The notes beneath the pieces are model-generated. The model was not told the DNA's origin. It saw nothing but the letters and a program-made list of their open reading frames with translations, and ran no database searches. Both the position numbers and the translations under genes were made by a program. This document shows positions 60,597-64,000 of a stretch of 64,000 nucleotides of DNA, piece by piece; positions within the stretch are counted from its first letter, which is position 1, and every line of letters begins with the position of its first letter. Source of the DNA: Trueperaceae bacterium (GTDB lineage Bacteria > Deinococcota > Deinococci > Deinococcales > Trueperaceae); assembly GCA_965213705.1 (NCBI GenBank), contig OZ243913.1, positions 2,592,001-2,656,000 on the forward strand, written 5' to 3'.

Positions 60597-60764
60597 TCAA
60601 GTTTGGGGGTGACGGTCGAACACGAGCACCTCTTCAAGCACTACTCTAAGGCTACTCAGCAACTCTTCTCGAGTACGTTCTTGCACATTGACGCCGGGAA
60701 CCTCTTCAATCCAACCAATCCACCACTCACCGCTCTCTTTAATGGCTGCCGTGTAGGGGGTCAT
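60597..60764 (-). CDS. HicB-like antitoxin, truncated, no HicA
   Basis: YTAAIKE.G.WWIGWIEEVPGVN.QERTREEL; GGAGG RBS before ATG 60764. Confidence 0.75.
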   Translation of the reverse strand: MTPYTAAIKESGEWWIGWIEEVPGVNVQERTREELLSSLRVVLEEVLVFDRHPQT

Positions 60765-60790
60765 AACATCCTCCCCTCCATGTCTAAGGT

Positions 60791-62341
60791 TCACGGCGTC
60801 GCCACCCGCTGCGTCTCCGCCTTCACTCGCCCCACACCCGCCGCGAGCTTGTTCAGCACGTCCACATAAGCCAGCACCGAAGCGTGAACCACATCCGTCG
60901 AAATGGCGCGGCCGTGGACGATCTGCCCGTCGCTGTTGACGCGAATCGAGACCTCGCCAAGTGCGTCGGTGCCCGAGCCGATGGCTTTGAGGTCGTAGGA
61001 TTCGAGTTCGAACGCCAAAGACGTGAGCTTGCGGAGCGCTTTGAAAGAAGCGTCCACGGGACCGTCGCCGAGCGCGGTTTCGGCGACCGTGCCTTCGGGC
61101 GTGAGCAGTCGCACCAGTGCAGAGGGCGTCATGCCGCCGGTTCCGGCCTGGAACTGGAGGTGCTCGAGCCTATACGTCTCGGCAATCTTCGTCGTCTCCG
61201 CATCGACGAGGGCGCGGATGTCGTCGTTGGTAATGCTCTGTTTGAGGTCGGCCAGGTCTTTGAACTGTTTGAACAGCGCGTTCAATTCCTCGTTTTCCAA
61301 GTCCGTGTAGCCGAGTTCGGTGAGCCGCTGCCGAAAAGCGTTGCGGCCCGAGTGCTTGCCCATCACCAGCACGCCCGCCTCGCGGCCGACAAGTTCGGCG
61401 TTCATGATTTCGTAGGTGTCTTTGTGCTTCAAGACGCCATCTTGGTGAATCCCCGCCTCGTGCGCGAAGGCGTTGTCGCCGACGATGGCCTTATTCGGCG
61501 GCACGACCATGCCGGTGCGCCGCGACACGAGTTGCGACACGAAGTACAGCTCGCGCGTGTTGATGCCCACCTCGGCCCCGTAGTAGTCGCGCCGCGTGTA
61601 GAGCGCCATCACGCACTCTTCCAAAGACGTATTCCCCGCCCGCTCGCCGATGCCGTTGATGGTGCATTCGATTTGCGTCGCGCCGTTTTCAACTGCGGCC
61701 AAGCTGTTCGCTACGGCCAAACCCAAGTCGTCGTGGCAGTGGGTTGAGATGGTGACGTTATGCGCCTCGGGCACGTTTGTAAAGATGTTTTTGATGAGCG
61801 CGCCGTACTCGAGCGGCGACCCGTAACCCGTCGTGTCGGGAATATTCACCGTCGTCGCGCCCGCTTTAATCGCCGTGCGGACGAGCTTGTACACGAACCC
61901 GGGGTCGGCGCGCATACAGTCCTGCGCCGAAAACTCCACGTCGTCGGTAAAGGTTTTGGCGTAGCGCACCATCTCGTCGGAGGTTTCCAGCACCTCGGCT
62001 TCGGTTTTTTTGAGCATGTGCTCGAGGTGAATCTTCGACGCGCTCGTGAAGGTGTGGATGCGCCCCCGTTCGGCGGGCTCAATCGCCTGCGCCGCCCGCT
62101 CGATGTCGGCCTTGTGCGTGCGCGCCAAGCCGCAGATGACCGGCCCCTTGACCTCGCGGGCAATCTGGCGCACGCAGTCGAAATCCCCGTCGCTCGCAAT
62201 CGGGAAACCCGCCTCGATGATGTCGACGCCCAAGCGTGACAGGGCGTGGGCAATCTCGAGCTTTTGCAAGGTATTCAGCGCGATGCCCGGCGCTTGCTCA
62301 CCGTCGCGGAGGGTAGTGTCGAAAATCTTGATGTAGGCCAT
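60791..62341 (-). CDS. leuA: 2-isopropylmalate synthase
   Basis: FDTTLRDGEQAPG, HCHDDLG and HEAGIHQDG motifs. Confidence 0.97.
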   Translation of the reverse strand: MAYIKIFDTTLRDGEQAPGIALNTLQKLEIAHALSRLGVDIIEAGFPIASDGDFDCVRQIAREVKGPVICGLARTHKADIERAAQAIEPAERGRIHTFTSASKIHLEHMLKKTEAEVLETSDEMVRYAKTFTDDVEFSAQDCMRADPGFVYKLVRTAIKAGATTVNIPDTTGYGSPLEYGALIKNIFTNVPEAHNVTISTHCHDDLGLAVANSLAAVENGATQIECTINGIGERAGNTSLEECVMALYTRRDYYGAEVGINTRELYFVSQLVSRRTGMVVPPNKAIVGDNAFAHEAGIHQDGVLKHKDTYEIMNAELVGREAGVLVMGKHSGRNAFRQRLTELGYTDLENEELNALFKQFKDLADLKQSITNDDIRALVDAETTKIAETYRLEHLQFQAGTGGMTPSALVRLLTPEGTVAETALGDGPVDASFKALRKLTSLAFELESYDLKAIGSGTDALGEVSIRVNSDGQIVHGRAISTDVVHASVLAYVDVLNKLAAGVGRVKAETQRVATP

Positions 62342-62361
62342 CTTTTTACCTCGCTTTGCTC

Positions 62362-63437
<1,076 letters not shown>

Positions 63438-63463
63438 TTAATTGTTTGTTGCTGACGGTTTTT

Positions 63464-63531
63464 AGGAGAAAGGGAAAAGGAGAAAGGAGAAAGTGATTAT
63501 ACTTTTTCCTTTTCCCTTTCTCCTGCCCCTA
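63464..63531. repeat. GGAGAAA-heptamer palindrome between ilvN and ilvC
   Basis: TAGGAGAAAGGGAAAAGGAGAAAGGAGAAAG ... CTTTTTCCTTTTCCCTTTCTCCT. Confidence 0.85.
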
Positions 63532-63533
63532 AG

Positions 63534-64000
<467 letters not shown>

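Overview
A GC-rich bacterial chromosomal segment, most consistent with Deinococcota (Trueperaceae-like). This assignment is an inference from the LysY-type argC, the GNNNQSFALAA tmRNA tag and many leaderless TANNNT-N6-start promoters. The backbone is housekeeping: rpsB-tsf-pyrH-frr-cdsA, lysY/argC, tmRNA, SAM-I riboswitch-metY-metY-metX, tRNA-Ala, mrp, guaA, malQ, nucleoside ABC transporter parts, moxR-DUF58, gltB and ilvN-ilvC-leuA...cimA. Many small, often AT-richer cargo genes are wedged between backbone genes: about eight toxin-antitoxin-like modules or orphans, Uma2, XisH/XisI and immunity-like orphans. There is also a decaying glycosyltransferase/stress island next to an IS200 remnant. 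Unexplained signals: (1) a ~250-nt multi-branched structured RNA candidate with its own promoter-like motif and terminator between frr and cdsA; (2) a family of 7-nt-periodic palindromic intergenic elements; (3) a SARP/BTAD activator facing an 11-bp-periodic direct-repeat promoter that drives a small protein and surface Ig/FN3 proteins; (4) an uncharacterised two-gene TA-like pair; (5) a stand-alone PriL-CTD/PriX-like protein; (6) strong CTCGAG over-representation with GATC avoidance. I saw no CRISPR array, rRNA or integrase. All family assignments come from motif recognition by eye, not from database searches.
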